DNA from: Minisyncoccia bacterium
Lineage (GTDB): Bacteria > Patescibacteriota > Minisyncoccia > Phycocordibacterales > UBA918
Assembly (NCBI GenBank): GCA_046293175.1
Contig: JBKBPM010000002.1
Coordinates: 158,428 to 222,427 of the forward strand
Direction: 5' to 3'
DNA length: 64,000 nucleotides
Made by a program: the position numbers and the translations under genes. Below the pieces are notes generated by a model. The model worked only from the letters and a program-made list of their open reading frames with translations. It had not been told where the DNA came from and did not search any database. This document shows, in pieces, positions 20,907 to 29,441 of the stretch. The number at the start of each line of letters is the position of its first letter. Position 1 is the stretch's first letter.

Positions 20907-20968
20907 ATCTTGGTAACAGAACAAAAACCACTCGCATGATGTGAGTGGTTTTTGTATACTAGTGGCAT

Positions 20969-21754
20969 ATGAAAGCAACCTACATGATTGTGGTGCTGAT
21001 GTTATTTACGCTTATCGGTGGTTTGGGATGGCTCATGAGTCGTTACCTTGATACCACACCAACGTCAATATCAGAAGACGAAGCTGCACGTTTTGCAGAT
21101 GCTACAAAAGTTTTTTATAAAAGCGAAGCAGGGGAGATCACTGTTGAATATATAAGTAATCTAGCGCGGGTATCGGGTGGAGCTTACGACGGGATGGTTT
21201 TTAGGCAAGTGGTGGCTGCTTCCGGTGCAAAGTACAAAGGCGAAAGAGGTGTTACTTTATGGACTAAAAATAATGAGGTGCGCATTGAAACCCCACAGCA
21301 GGTGGTCTATACCGGAACTGCGGTGCCGAGAGAGGAGCCGGTTCCAACACCGCCTCCAATAGTTCCTGAGACGCTGGTCGCCACATCATCAGTCGCAACA
21401 ACATCCCCTGAAACGAGTAGTCTCACTGAAAAAACCTGGGTATGGGAGTCTGCGATTCAAGGTAGTGAAACCATACAACCGAAGAAAGCTGATGCTTTTT
21501 CACTTATCTTTACGGCTGACGGTACGATGCAAGGAAAAACCGATTGTAATGGCTTTGGTGGGGAGTACACTATTGCTGGTTCAGAAATCAAACTAGGCGC
21601 GCTCCAGTCAACGCTCATGTTCTGCGAAAACTCAGAAGAAGGACTGTTTGTAAGCTTGATAGAAAGTCCTTTGACGATTGTTGCAGTGACTGACACTACA
21701 CTTGAATTCAAAAATGCTTCGGGTGATATGTTGCGCTTTAAGCGTGGGGAGTAG
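20969..21754 (+). CDS. Membrane-anchored MliC-like + META domain protein
   Basis: AASGAKY...LWTK (MliC-like); GKTDCNGFGGEY...STLMFC (META). Confidence 0.75.
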   Translation: MKATYMIVVLMLFTLIGGLGWLMSRYLDTTPTSISEDEAARFADATKVFYKSEAGEITVEYISNLARVSGGAYDGMVFRQVVAASGAKYKGERGVTLWTKNNEVRIETPQQVVYTGTAVPREEPVPTPPPIVPETLVATSSVATTSPETSSLTEKTWVWESAIQGSETIQPKKADAFSLIFTADGTMQGKTDCNGFGGEYTIAGSEIKLGALQSTLMFCENSEEGLFVSLIESPLTIVAVTDTTLEFKNASGDMLRFKRGE

Positions 21755-21819
21755 CTCTCTTACCAATGCGCTAGTCTCTTTAACTATTACTCGGATATAT
21801 TCATCGGTGCAACACGATA

Positions 21820-22359
21820 CTACAATTTACTTGATTGGAGTGAAATAAAGATTTCGTTATCGTAGCTGATTCCTTGATAATAGATTCGTACTATGAGACT
21901 TTGATTTTCAAAGTAATCTTTTGGACGAATAGATATTTTACGGTGATATATCTTGTTCAGTTTTAAGGGTATAACATCAATTTGGTATCGAAGTGGTTTA
22001 CCAGGAAGTGGTTCAAGGCTAAGTATTTCAATTTTTTCCGTCCCATTTATTACTTGTATCTCCATTTCTTTCGAAGGATATAACCATTCTAAAAGTACAC
22101 TTGGGATTCTAAAACGAAAGAGTCCATATCACACTTTTGGTTTAAGTGAAAAACTTATATCAGTTACAGTTAGATTGAAAGCCGCAGCTTCTGGCCAGAA
22201 TATGTTTTTTGATTTAAGAAATTATGAACTATGGATGTCTAAATCCTCTGGAATAAAGAAAACCTTAAACGTAAGAGGTATAAATTTCTTTAACAATGGT
22301 TTCATTGTAAATTTAATTACTCCTAGAATCAATGCCAAGCCAATAGTTATTTTAATCAT
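21820..22359 (-). pseudogene. AT-rich hypothetical gene with two in-frame stops
   Basis: ATG 22359 is in frame with the 22065..21820 ORF; TAA at 22224-22222 and TGA at 22131-22129. Confidence 0.55.
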
Positions 22360-22379
22360 AATGTTACATTTTACCACCT

Positions 22380-22545
22380 GAGAGAGATTCGGTCGCTACA
22401 CGACCAGTACACCTTTTGGGTACTTTATTTCGCACGGCTCATAAAGTTCTGCAAAAGGTTTTCGAATCCCTACGCACAAGCTCCCAGCTTGTGCTCTCTC
22501 TCCGCGAACAAAAAAGGCGCCAAACGGCGCTCTATTTTGTACTCG
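22380..22545 (-). repeat. tRNA-Ser 3' modular palindromic element
   Basis: Hairpin, split antisense CGGAGAGAGA[hairpin]AGGGATTCGAA, TGA..GAAA hairpin, GACC, then direct repeat GAATCTCTCTC. Confidence 0.85.
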
Positions 22546-22632
22546 CGGAGAGAGAGGGATTCGAACCCTCGAGGAGCTTTCACCCCTAACAGTTTTCAAG
22601 ACTGCCGCCTTCAACCACTCAGCCATCTCTCC
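22546..22632 (-). tRNA. tRNA-Ser(TGA)
   Basis: GGAGAGATGGCTGAGTGG...GCAGT-CTTGAAA-ACTGT, long variable arm, GGTTCGAATCC; CCA not encoded. Confidence 0.96.
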
Positions 22633-22776
22633 AATATATGCAATTTTTGTAGGTGGTTGAAGGTTCGTCCACCTGGCACTGGTTCGCTTTCGCTCACATC
22701 GTGCCTCCGCGATTTGATCGCGGAACGGATCAAAAGTGAAACTTTTCACTTTTCATCCACTCAGCCATCTCTCCAA
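22633..22776 (-). repeat. tRNA-Ser 5' element flanked by a duplicated tRNA 5' end
   Basis: 20-bp direct repeat 22615-22634 / 22757-22776; antisense to the D-arm at 22653-22663. Confidence 0.8.
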
Positions 22777-22899
22777 ATATATTCAGTTGTGGCATGCACT
22801 ATAGCATTTTTTTGATTTTATACAACCATAGCTCGTAGGGGTGCGAGGGTAGGGGAAAGACCACTTTGACGTCCATCCCCATGCTAAAATAAAATTACT

Positions 22900-23370
22900 A
22901 TGAATGAAGCAATGCGGAGCATTACCTGGGAAGCCCCAGAACGTGCGCGTGGCGACAAAGGCGGGGATTGGTACTTTGCACTAAGTATTTTAACGGTGGC
23001 GGTAGTGATTGCCGCTATTATTTTTGGTAACTTCCTTTTTGCAATTTTGGCTGGTCTCTCTGGGGCGTCGCTCGCGGTCGCTGCGTCACAACCACCGCGG
23101 ATTATCCGGTACGGGGTCAGCGTCCGTGGGGTGCTTGAGGAGAACATCGTTCATCCTTTTGCGTCACTGCGGGCTTACTCGATTAATGAAGATGACCCGC
23201 GTGGGCCACAACTTCTCATTCTTTCGACGAAGACATTTGCCCCGATGATTGTCATGCCGATTCCCGAGGAATACATTGATGATATTGATGCTATCTTGTC
23301 TGAACGACTACCAGAGGAAGCTCTCGAGGAACCACTGTTTAATCGGTTGCTTGAACTAGCTGGATTCTGA
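22900..23370 (+). CDS. Membrane-anchored hypothetical protein
   Basis: WEAPE...DWY, two TM helices, soluble C-terminus. Confidence 0.8.
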   Translation: MNEAMRSITWEAPERARGDKGGDWYFALSILTVAVVIAAIIFGNFLFAILAGLSGASLAVAASQPPRIIRYGVSVRGVLEENIVHPFASLRAYSINEDDPRGPQLLILSTKTFAPMIVMPIPEEYIDDIDAILSERLPEEALEEPLFNRLLELAGF

Positions 23371-23427
23371 TACTATCTTTCCCGTAACGTGACAAACAAA
23401 AAAGCTTGTGGTACTATGCCACGCATC

Positions 23428-23499
23428 GCTCTCATAGTTTAATGGATAGAATGCCGGTTTGCGGTACCTGCGATCCAGGTTCGATTCCTGGTGAGAGCA
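23428..23499 (+). tRNA. tRNA-Arg(GCG)
   Basis: GCTCTCA/TGAGAGC acceptor stem, TGGATAGA D-loop, TTGCGGT anticodon loop, CCAGGTTCGATTCCTGG. Confidence 0.9.
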
Positions 23500-23832
23500 C
23501 AAACGGCCGACCCATATGCGCAAGCATATGGGTCGTTGCCGTTTGTAGCTCTCACCAGGAATCGAAAGACTGTTCCGGGGTCCCCTTAGGGCCGGAACAG
23601 TCCGGGTCGGGCGAATGAGATATTTTATGAGGCACGAAATAAAATATCCATGAGCGTGACCGATTCCTTCTAAAGAATTGCGTTAGGAATCGAAGCCCGA
23701 TTGAGCTGGATTATGAGCTTGCGAAATAATCCAGCCAATTGGGTGACTTCCCCTGTAAGGACCGATTCCTGGTGAGAGCACAACTACGAAAAAGCGCACC
23801 CTTATGAGTGCATTTTTCGTTCGTGCTCCCAT
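23500..23832 (+). repeat. tRNA-Arg(GCG) 3' tandem modular elements
   Basis: Antisense at 23548-23566 and 23685-23694; direct repeats at 23662-23668 and 23763-23783, each after GACC. Confidence 0.9.
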
Positions 23833-23899
23833 CAAAAACTACCTGAAGCATAATGTAAAACAGCATCCCTTTCGGGAGCTGTTTTACATGAGCTAATTA

Positions 23900-25795
23900 T
23901 TAATCGACAATTGTTACAACACTTGTCTCAAAGCGGTTTGCCGGAGCTGCTGTCCATGTTTGGTTTGGATTAGTAGCAGTTGCAGCATACTCGAGAGTGA
24001 GGAGTCGAAGTCGGCTTGATGTTAGCGGTGACTGTGGCTGGTGGGTAACTGAGAGGGTAACCGTCCTGGTCTGTCCTTCTGGAATAAAGAAGTAGTTCCC
24101 TTGTTCTCGAGCCGATGATGAGATGACGGCAGTACCAGTTGCAGAAAGACTATTTCCACTTGCGTCGCGAAGTTCATATGATATCGCAGCTGTATTTGAT
24201 GGCATATACACATCTTGGTTAATCGCTGTGACATCAATTGAAATCTGATAGGTGGCATAGTCATTTAGGCTGCCATTTGTACTTGTGACTACTGCATTGG
24301 TATTTTTGATAGTCACTGCCGCTCCAGCTGTTTGAAGAATATGGGTATCACCAGATACTGTGCCTGAGAGTTGGTTGCCGCTGAGATCGTCAGCACCTTC
24401 GGCTTTGATAGTCGAGCCAACCACGCGGCCTGAAATTGTGGTCCCTTCATACATTGCAGGTAAGGCTTTGAAGTCTACCTCAACAATAGCGGTGACTCTG
24501 TCGCCAGCATCTATGACCAGCTCATTGCTTTTAAAGTCGAATGTGACAATTCCTGTTGTGCCGTCAACAAGTGCTTTACGGGTATAGGTTTTACCATCAA
24601 TTATGATTCGCACGTCGCGCACCAACGTATTCATGGTTCCTGTACTGACGGATAATTCTATTGGTAGGCTGTTAATTTCTATGTCATTGATACTGTCATC
24701 AGTATCAAGGTCAAAGGCAAATACAGGGGTGAATCCTGAACGAGTAGTTCGATTGAGTACCAAAGTGGTGGCATCAATGTCATCATCACTAGTACGAATC
24801 ATCAATTCGTCACCAGTCCCCGCTTCTTCAAGTGTAATTTCAACTTGTTCACTATTATTGCCGATCTCAACCGTTGTTCGCTCTGCATCAAGAGCACGAA
24901 TACCGTTGTTTGGTACATAAACCGTCCAGTTTTCTCCATCACTGATACCGCGGATACTATTTGCAGCAGATACCTTAACTGTTAATTGTGTATCACTGTC
25001 TTCGGCTAGGAAGTGATTGAGACCTGAAATACGGAGCGTTGCTTCTCCTGTAGATCGGTTTATATCACGCCAAGCTGATTTTGAACTAGTATTAATGCGG
25101 GCAATACGGTTATTACCGTCCCAGATGCTCACGTCACTGAAAGTGTCCCAAGCATCCTTTTCATTGTTAGCAGTATTTGGTTTAAAAACCAAATCAATAC
25201 GTTGTAGTGTTGCGTCCCCGTCTTCTACGGTAAACTCGATATCAGCAATCGAACGGTTCTCGTCACGTTCTTCAAGAGTGGTATCATCTCCTGCTTTAAA
25301 TTGATAATCTCGAAACGAAGCTTCTCCCTGTGGGGTTGGATTTGTTGGAGTGGTGGTACCAGTGCCAGGGTTAATTGGAGTTGATACACAAGTTGCATTT
25401 ACTTTAGATCGAGTAACGGGACCGAAGTAACCAACGGCTGGTGTAATGTTTTGACTTCGCTGATAACTGCTAAGCGCTTGTCTTGTTTGTTCACCAAAAT
25501 ATCCTGTCGCTCCAGCAGAAATAGTGTGCCCTTTCGCTATAAGATACTGTTGTAGACGAGTAACTTCACTCCCGGTACGTCCAACCGTTAGATCTGATGT
25601 AAACGGAAGACAAGTCGTTGGGGCAGTGTTATTGCGCAATGCCTCAAGCTGTGCAAGTAATTGTGTAATCTGAGCTTGTAGATCTGCTACCGTGGTGTTA
25701 GCAGAGGCTGTGGGCGCAGGGACGCCCGCTGTCAAAAGGGAAAGTGCGAGCATACTGCCCACCACACCTTTCTGGATTTTAGAATACGGTTTCAT
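23900..25795 (-). CDS. Secreted peptidoglycan-binding surface (S-layer-like) protein
   Basis: Signal peptide, LQAQITQLLAQL coil, DLTVG..V..LQQYL, TGYFGEQT, GYFGPVTR. Confidence 0.85.
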   Translation of the reverse strand: MKPYSKIQKGVVGSMLALSLLTAGVPAPTASANTTVADLQAQITQLLAQLEALRNNTAPTTCLPFTSDLTVGRTGSEVTRLQQYLIAKGHTISAGATGYFGEQTRQALSSYQRSQNITPAVGYFGPVTRSKVNATCVSTPINPGTGTTTPTNPTPQGEASFRDYQFKAGDDTTLEERDENRSIADIEFTVEDGDATLQRIDLVFKPNTANNEKDAWDTFSDVSIWDGNNRIARINTSSKSAWRDINRSTGEATLRISGLNHFLAEDSDTQLTVKVSAANSIRGISDGENWTVYVPNNGIRALDAERTTVEIGNNSEQVEITLEEAGTGDELMIRTSDDDIDATTLVLNRTTRSGFTPVFAFDLDTDDSINDIEINSLPIELSVSTGTMNTLVRDVRIIIDGKTYTRKALVDGTTGIVTFDFKSNELVIDAGDRVTAIVEVDFKALPAMYEGTTISGRVVGSTIKAEGADDLSGNQLSGTVSGDTHILQTAGAAVTIKNTNAVVTSTNGSLNDYATYQISIDVTAINQDVYMPSNTAAISYELRDASGNSLSATGTAVISSSAREQGNYFFIPEGQTRTVTLSVTHQPQSPLTSSRLRLLTLEYAATATNPNQTWTAAPANRFETSVVTIVD

Positions 25796-25854
25796 TATAA
25801 GTTTATTAGATGTTTTGTAAGTAGACGATGGGTCGTCAGTACGCGTCCGTACAA

Positions 25855-25887
25855 ATATATAGACACGAGACCTTGGCAAATCTCACA
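25855..25887 (-). promoter_or_regulatory. Putative ECF-sigma promoter for the surface protein
   Basis: TGTGAG-N15-GTGTCTATATAT on the minus strand. Confidence 0.65.
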
Positions 25888-25923
25888 CGAAGTAATAGTT
25901 GACAGTGGCAGTCGTCATAGTAC

Positions 25924-25956
25924 TGTGAGGAAACAGAGCGAGCGGTGTCTATATAT
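25924..25956 (+). promoter_or_regulatory. Putative autoregulatory ECF-sigma promoter
   Basis: Same TGTGAG-N15-GTGTCTATATAT directly before the sigma ATG. Confidence 0.65.
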
Positions 25957-26463
25957 ATGGATAAAGAAACATGGTTTACAAAATTGTACGACTCTCACGC
26001 AGATGCAATCTGGCGATATTTTATGGTACGTCTTGCAAATGCAGAGCGCGCAAATGAATTAACTCATGACACATTTTTGCGAGTCTGGGAGGTTGTCACA
26101 AAAGGGGATATTATAGAATATGAACGGACTTATCTTTACGTAGTAGCAAAACGTTTGTTTCTCAATGAGATTCGCAATAAAAAGATCATGACATCACTAG
26201 ATGACTTAACAGAAATTGGTTTTGATATCCCTGATACTGAAGTTTTGCCAGACCGTGCAGCTGAGCACCAAGAGCTCTGGCAAAATCTCAGTATGATCTT
26301 ACCGTCGTATCAAGAAGTTCTTATTTTGCGATACGTGGACGGTTTGCCGGTCAATGAGATAGCCAAACTCCTGGAGGTGCAGGAAACGAATGTATCGATG
26401 AGAATTAAACGAGGAATTGATGCACTGCTAAACCTATATCAAAAAAAACCGCACACGACATGA
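25957..26463 (+). CDS. ECF RNA polymerase sigma factor
   Basis: ANELTHDTFLRVW, YQEVLILRYVDGLPVNEIAKLL, VSMRIKRG. Confidence 0.92.
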   Translation: MDKETWFTKLYDSHADAIWRYFMVRLANAERANELTHDTFLRVWEVVTKGDIIEYERTYLYVVAKRLFLNEIRNKKIMTSLDDLTEIGFDIPDTEVLPDRAAEHQELWQNLSMILPSYQEVLILRYVDGLPVNEIAKLLEVQETNVSMRIKRGIDALLNLYQKKPHTT

Positions 26464-27299
26464 AAAATCAACACGACATCGAACAACTACTTTCTACATT
26501 ATCTCCCGACGATACGTCATTTGACCGTGCCGGTGTAAAGTCACGGCTGATGAAAAAAATTTCAGAAAAACCAATTCCATCATTGTATTATTCACATGTG
26601 CGTAGGTTTGGAGTAAGTATTGCAATGCTTTGTATATTGTTCACGGGGACTAGTTATGCATCACTTTCGAGTCTTCCAGGTGAACCACTGTATATAGTTA
26701 AAGTTAATGTGGCTGAAGAGTTGGTTGCTCTAACAAAACGTTCACCGGATACAGCACTTGATTATGCGATTGAACGCCTCGAAACCCGGCAATTTGAGCT
26801 TGTTACACTGCAGCGTGGTCAAACACCATTAGTTACATCTGTGGCTGATGATTTGAGTGAGCAATTAACCGAAGATATCAATACCATTGAAAGTATTGTA
26901 GATAGTATTAAAGTTGATGCAAAAACTGAAGAGGTTCTCTCAAAGCTTGCTAGAATGAAGTCTTTAGTTATCACTAATAATGATTTAACAGCTGATTTAT
27001 TGGCGACAACTAGTGTTTCTGTTGCTGGCCTTGCTTCAGAAAATAATGCCGTTGAAATATTTGAAAGCGAAGTGGCAGAATATGTCGCCTCGACTGCTAC
27101 CTCAACAGTAATAGACTTTGTTTCAGATCAGTTGTCAGAAATTGAAGACGTCTTATTGGCATCTTCAACCCCAAACACCTTGCACTATGAGAGTGAAATG
27201 AAGTTACAGACGATGATCGATTACCTGAATGAGGAAAATTTCACCGAAGCAATTATTGAGACATTAGAGTTAGCAGAAACCTTAGATGTAAATAGCTAA
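26460..27299 (+). CDS. Putative anti-sigma factor, DUF5667-like
   Basis: ATGA overlap with sigma; TM followed by SLPGEPLYIVK. Confidence 0.75.
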   Translation: MKNQHDIEQLLSTLSPDDTSFDRAGVKSRLMKKISEKPIPSLYYSHVRRFGVSIAMLCILFTGTSYASLSSLPGEPLYIVKVNVAEELVALTKRSPDTALDYAIERLETRQFELVTLQRGQTPLVTSVADDLSEQLTEDINTIESIVDSIKVDAKTEEVLSKLARMKSLVITNNDLTADLLATTSVSVAGLASENNAVEIFESEVAEYVASTATSTVIDFVSDQLSEIEDVLLASSTPNTLHYESEMKLQTMIDYLNEENFTEAIIETLELAETLDVNS

Positions 27300-27408
27300 C
27301 TTATAGCAAGTCAGCAGTTTGCAATTAGTGATTAAAAATTAGGTATAAGAAAATCGGCCTCTTTGAGGCCGATTTTCTTTATATGTGCAGGTTTTGTTAC
27401 CTCACAAT

Positions 27409-28467
27409 TTACATAGACAACTTGAGCTTAAGTAGTTGCTGCAAGAGACTTATGATTTGCTGCATTAATTTGATGTTCAATTCGTTATTTTCAACAGCTT
27501 CGACAACTTCCTCGACTTCATCCACTTCTTCTTCCTCTACCACTTCTTCATCTTCGTCAGTGTTATCCGGAGCACTGACGTAGTTTACTCCTTGGTTAAT
27601 GACTATGTTAGGGTTTTGCTTACGGGCTTCGTAATTAAGATGAACCTTGCTCGGTTGGAAGTTTATTTCACGCCAAATGTTTGGAACACTACCAGTATAT
27701 TTGGCAATCGAATCAGATGTTACATAGCCCCAGTGACCATCAGCCACACGGAGCTTGTACCAAGTTTTTCCACCAATCGTTTGCGGTGTATAGAAGTACA
27801 GAATTTCCGTCAGACTCCCTTTGGCGACAACGAACTTACGGTTGCCGTTTGGTGCATCGTAGTAGGTGGCGTCTTTACTCAATACCACAATTTCACCACC
27901 CTTGAATTCTTTCGTAGGGGTTGGAGTAGGAGTTGGTGTTGGGGTCGGTGTTGGGGTAGGAGTTGGTGTTGGAGTTGTATTCCCGCCACTATTTGCAGGA
28001 GCTCCCGCTGGTGGGGTAACGTAATTAACTCCTTGGTCAATAACGATATTGTAATTTACTTTACGAGCTTCGTAGTTGAGGTGTACCTGACTTGGTTGGT
28101 AGTCAATTTCACGCCAAATAGTTGGAACGGTACCTGTATATTTGGAAATCAAACTTTCTCGCACATATCCGTAATATCCGTCGGCCACACGTAGTTTGCG
28201 CCAGATTTGCCCATTGCGCACTTCCGGATCGGCGAAGTAAAGTACTTCTGCTAAGGTGCCTGGCGCGACCACAAATCGCACTGCCTCATTTCCTGGTTCG
28301 TAATGGAATGGTGTGTTTTGGTTAAGTATAACAATCTCAGACCCAGCAAAAGCGCTTGTCTGGGCGTGGGTAACAGCTGGGCTAAAACAAACTATATATG
28401 CCGTAGCGATAAACGCCATTCCGACTACAAGTTTGCGAAACAAACTTTGGTAACTAATTATTTGCAT
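27409..28467 (-). CDS. Secreted protein with two tandem SH3b-like repeats, PT linker and acidic tail
   Basis: Duplicated GxEIVxL...W.KLRVADG..GYV...WREI..QPS.VHLNYEARK...QGVNYV. Confidence 0.85.
   Translation of the reverse strand: MQIISYQSLFRKLVVGMAFIATAYIVCFSPAVTHAQTSAFAGSEIVILNQNTPFHYEPGNEAVRFVVAPGTLAEVLYFADPEVRNGQIWRKLRVADGYYGYVRESLISKYTGTVPTIWREIDYQPSQVHLNYEARKVNYNIVIDQGVNYVTPPAGAPANSGGNTTPTPTPTPTPTPTPTPTPTPTKEFKGGEIVVLSKDATYYDAPNGNRKFVVAKGSLTEILYFYTPQTIGGKTWYKLRVADGHWGYVTSDSIAKYTGSVPNIWREINFQPSKVHLNYEARKQNPNIVINQGVNYVSAPDNTDEDEEVVEEEEVDEVEEVVEAVENNELNIKLMQQIISLLQQLLKLKLSM
27914..27977 (-). repeat. Coding (Pro-Thr)n hexamer repeat
   Basis: Degenerate 6-bp repeats encoding TPTPTP... Confidence 0.85.
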
Positions 28468-28659
28468 AAAATGCTTCTGCAGAATTTAGGTAGTGATTAA
28501 TAATTTTGAACGAAAATATGGTCAGATCACAATCTGACCACACCTCCCCTTATTATAGAGTACCCAAAACCGTGAATTTCCCGCCCTGGGCATAAGAATT
28601 TGTAGGCAAAACCATTAATTTTTGCCAACCCAAACATTTTCGCCTACAATACGACACAT

Positions 28660-29040
28660 ATGCGACTCATGGGAATTGATTACGGTACCAAAAAAGTAGG
28701 GATTGCCTTCACCGATGAGAGTGGGACGATGGCCTTTCCCCACGCAGTGGTGCCCAACACTCCCAAGCTTCTTGATGTTATTACTGGTTTGATCAATGAA
28801 AAAGGGGTTGGTGCGGTTGTCATTGGTCACTCGCTTGATAAAGAAGGAAAGCCAAACGCGGTTCATGCCGCAGTTGAAGCGCTCATGCTCGACCTCACGC
28901 TTGCGACCGGCCTCCCAATCCATCTTGAGCCAGAACAGTACTCAACCCAGGCCGCTATGCAGCTACAAGGACGAAATGCTAACACCGATGCTTCCGCTGC
29001 CGCCCTGATTCTCGACGGATTCCTTACTCGCAAAAAATAA
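28660..29040 (+). CDS. yqgF: YqgF/RuvX family RNase H-fold protein
   Basis: MGIDYGTKKVGIA, EQYST, DASAAALIL. Confidence 0.92.
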   Translation: MRLMGIDYGTKKVGIAFTDESGTMAFPHAVVPNTPKLLDVITGLINEKGVGAVVIGHSLDKEGKPNAVHAAVEALMLDLTLATGLPIHLEPEQYSTQAAMQLQGRNANTDASAAALILDGFLTRKK

Positions 29041-29051
29041 TCATTATCTCT

Positions 29052-29384
29052 ATGGAACAAATCAGCTACGAAGATTTTGCAAAATTACACATTGGTATTG
29101 GTACCATTCTGTCCGTTGAAATTGTAGAGGGAGCCGATAAGCTCCTTAAGCTCGCGGTTGAAGTAGGGGAGGAGACACCGCGGCAGATTCTCTCTGGTAT
29201 TCGTGAATACTTTGAAGATCCACAATCACTCGTTGGAAAACAATTTCCGTTTGTACTCAATCTCGCACCGAGAGTGATTCGTGGCTTTGAAAGTCAGGGG
29301 ATGATTTTGGCAGCGAGTCACGAAGACAGTCTCGCCTTATTGGCACCAACTATCGTCGTACCACCAGGAACAAAAGTTAAGTAG
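29052..29384 (+). CDS. Stand-alone tRNA-binding OB-fold protein (Trbp111/CsaA/MetRS-C)
   Basis: ISYEDF, ADKLLKL, RQILSGI, NLAPR, SQGMILA. Confidence 0.9.
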   Translation: MEQISYEDFAKLHIGIGTILSVEIVEGADKLLKLAVEVGEETPRQILSGIREYFEDPQSLVGKQFPFVLNLAPRVIRGFESQGMILAASHEDSLALLAPTIVVPPGTKVK

Positions 29385-29441
29385 AAATAGTTGGGGGTTT
29401 TGGCTGAGATTTTTAACCCACCTACCCGTATAATAGAAGGA

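Noticed and set aside
22396-22815. ORF-track proteins over tRNA-Ser (also 23406..23618 and 32107..32406)
   Set aside because: They overlap tRNA genes and palindromic elements; spurious.
23619-23735. Hammerhead ribozyme (UGA...GAAA)
   Set aside because: The CUGANGA core is incomplete and the flanks pair with each other as one hairpin, leaving no three-stem junction.
23500-23832. CRISPR array
   Set aside because: The repeats are tRNA fragments, spacing is irregular, the intervening sequences are structured and related, and no cas genes are present.
27914-27977. Contingency (phase-variation) microsatellite
   Set aside because: Third-position-degenerate, in-frame hexamers encoding a PT linker.
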